A stretch of DNA of 64,000 bases from Gnetum montanum. Lineage: Eukaryota; Plantae; Gnetophyta. Where the stretch lies: the NCBI GenBank assembly GCA_015680685.1, contig MNCI01002813.1, positions 1,297,403 to 1,361,402 on the forward strand, in the 5' to 3' direction. The notes under the pieces were generated by a model. The model searched no databases. It saw nothing but the letters and a program-made list of their open reading frames with translations, and had not been told where the DNA came from. Below are positions 62,926 through 64,000 of this stretch, piece after piece. The position numbers and the translations under genes were made by a program. Positions within the stretch are counted from its first letter, which is position 1; the number at the start of each line of letters is the position of its first letter.

Positions 62926-62988
62926 GGACTCATGACACCAATTTTGCGGAATGCAGACCAGAAGACACTCTCAGCAATTTCAGCAGAG
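62926..62988 (+). CDS. LTA3: E2 exon 14 (GLMTPILRNADQKTLSAISAE)
   Basis: Conserved GLMTPI..NADQK; TGCAG acceptor and GTACAT donor. Confidence 0.95.
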
Positions 62989-63086
62989 GTACATAATATT
63001 TATTTTCTTAAATTAACTGTGTTTTTCGTCTGATATTATGCTTTGATGGTTGGGCTTCCTTATTTTTCTCCTTCGTAATTACTTTG

Positions 63087-63660
63087 TTTTTGAATAAGTA
63101 AAAAAAGTCTATATTAATAAAAAAAAAGACTTGAACTACAATGAGATTATTTTTGGGATCTTAATAATATACTAAGATGAAAGTATCAAATTTCTAAAAA
63201 ATTGTAAAACAATCATATCAAGCTGTCATTCTACTCTAAAGTTCAGAAAATTAAATTATAATCATGTAAGGCTCAAAGACTTCATCAATCAAGTGCCATT
63301 CAATATATCATATTTTCCTTCTAATTTTTTATTGCTAGTGACCATACTCTATCTAAATTGATTGCTATCCCTTTAAAAGTGCTTAGGTTTTCTATTTTTA
63401 TTTTTTAATAAGATGCTAAAGATCACTTGTGTTAGCAAAGCACTTCAAATATTATCAATGCATTGAGTTCCATTGATATAGTTCTAAGTTGCTATACAAG
63501 ATCTTGTAAAGATTTAGGCATAATAGAATGTTGATTTGTAGCTTTCTAAACTTTGTTCTAAATATGGATAGTTGCACAGTAGTGCAAAATGATATGATTA
63601 GCATCTTCACAGGCATTCTTATAGAAGTATCTATTAACTATTATCATTCCTCACTTCAAC
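63087..63660 (-). mobile_element. 3' fragment of the AT-rich LINE family (zf-RVT remnant)
   Basis: The - strand reads EDANHII.H.C...I*..V* near 63540-63610. Terminus shared with 61619 and 32288. Confidence 0.7.
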
Positions 63661-64000
63661 AACTTATCTATGGTTGGAAGTAAGGTTTGGACATGCACCG
63701 ATAGGAATTTTGGGTTGCAAAGGGAGTGCTATGGGGGAGGGGTAGTGAGGTTTTGGAGTAGTAGGTGAGGCTATATGGGAACCATGAGGGACAACTAGGT
63801 CTGGAGAGTGAACTAGATGTGGAGGGAGAGTTGGACAAGTCCTACAAGAGGCAAGAGGGAAACAAAGGTCCTAGGGTTGAGGCTTAGCAGGAGGTTGAGG
63901 ACACTAAGGTGATCCTCTTAGAGGGAAGTAAGGTAGGTGCATGGGCTTAGGTGGAGCAGGAGGTGGAGCAAGTTGGTAGTGGGGACTTGGCCTTGGAGGT

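Larger units (their letters stand above)
8673..62988 (+). other. LTA3: Gene span (3'-incomplete): mitochondrial pyruvate dehydrogenase E2, dihydrolipoyllysine-residue acetyltransferase, LTA3-like
   Basis: Fourteen GT-AG exons join in frame and give presequence - lipoyl domain (MPALSPTM...ETDKA) - peripheral subunit-binding domain - catalytic domain N-terminal half. The catalytic C-terminus lies beyond 64000. Confidence 0.93.

Noticed and set aside
63670-64000. G-rich segment that might be the start of another LINE copy
   Set aside because: Cut by the window end and no diagnostic motif is visible.

Overview
Eukaryotic land-plant nuclear DNA. Very long TE-filled introns and heavy CG/CHG deamination suggest a fern, lycophyte or gymnosperm, but this is inference. 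One host gene is present on the + strand: a mitochondrial pyruvate dehydrogenase E2 (dihydrolipoyllysine-residue acetyltransferase) of the LTA3 type. It starts at ATG 8673, has 14 mappable phase-compatible coding exons up to 62988, and continues past the window. Its ~16, ~20 and ~10 kb introns hold decayed L1-type and RTE-type LINEs, a Ty1/copia remnant and LTR fragments. An Athila-like Ty3/gypsy 5' half (LTR, PBS, gag, protease) occupies 1-4253 on the - strand. The main observation is an L1-type LINE group whose ORF2 does not stop after the RT/zf-RVT region. It continues through a ~180-aa globular domain resembling plant-mobile/plant-transposon domains, then a long E/Q/R/K coiled coil, and ends in a DnaJ-type J-domain just before the 3' UTR and poly(A). 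The J-domain is seen in five diverged copies, three of them clearly TSD-bounded and one tentatively so, plus a sixth more canonical remnant. The HPD motif can be reconstructed from the copies (HLD x3 via CHG deamination, HPN, HPH, YQD). All domain calls come from manual translation and motif recall; no searches were run.
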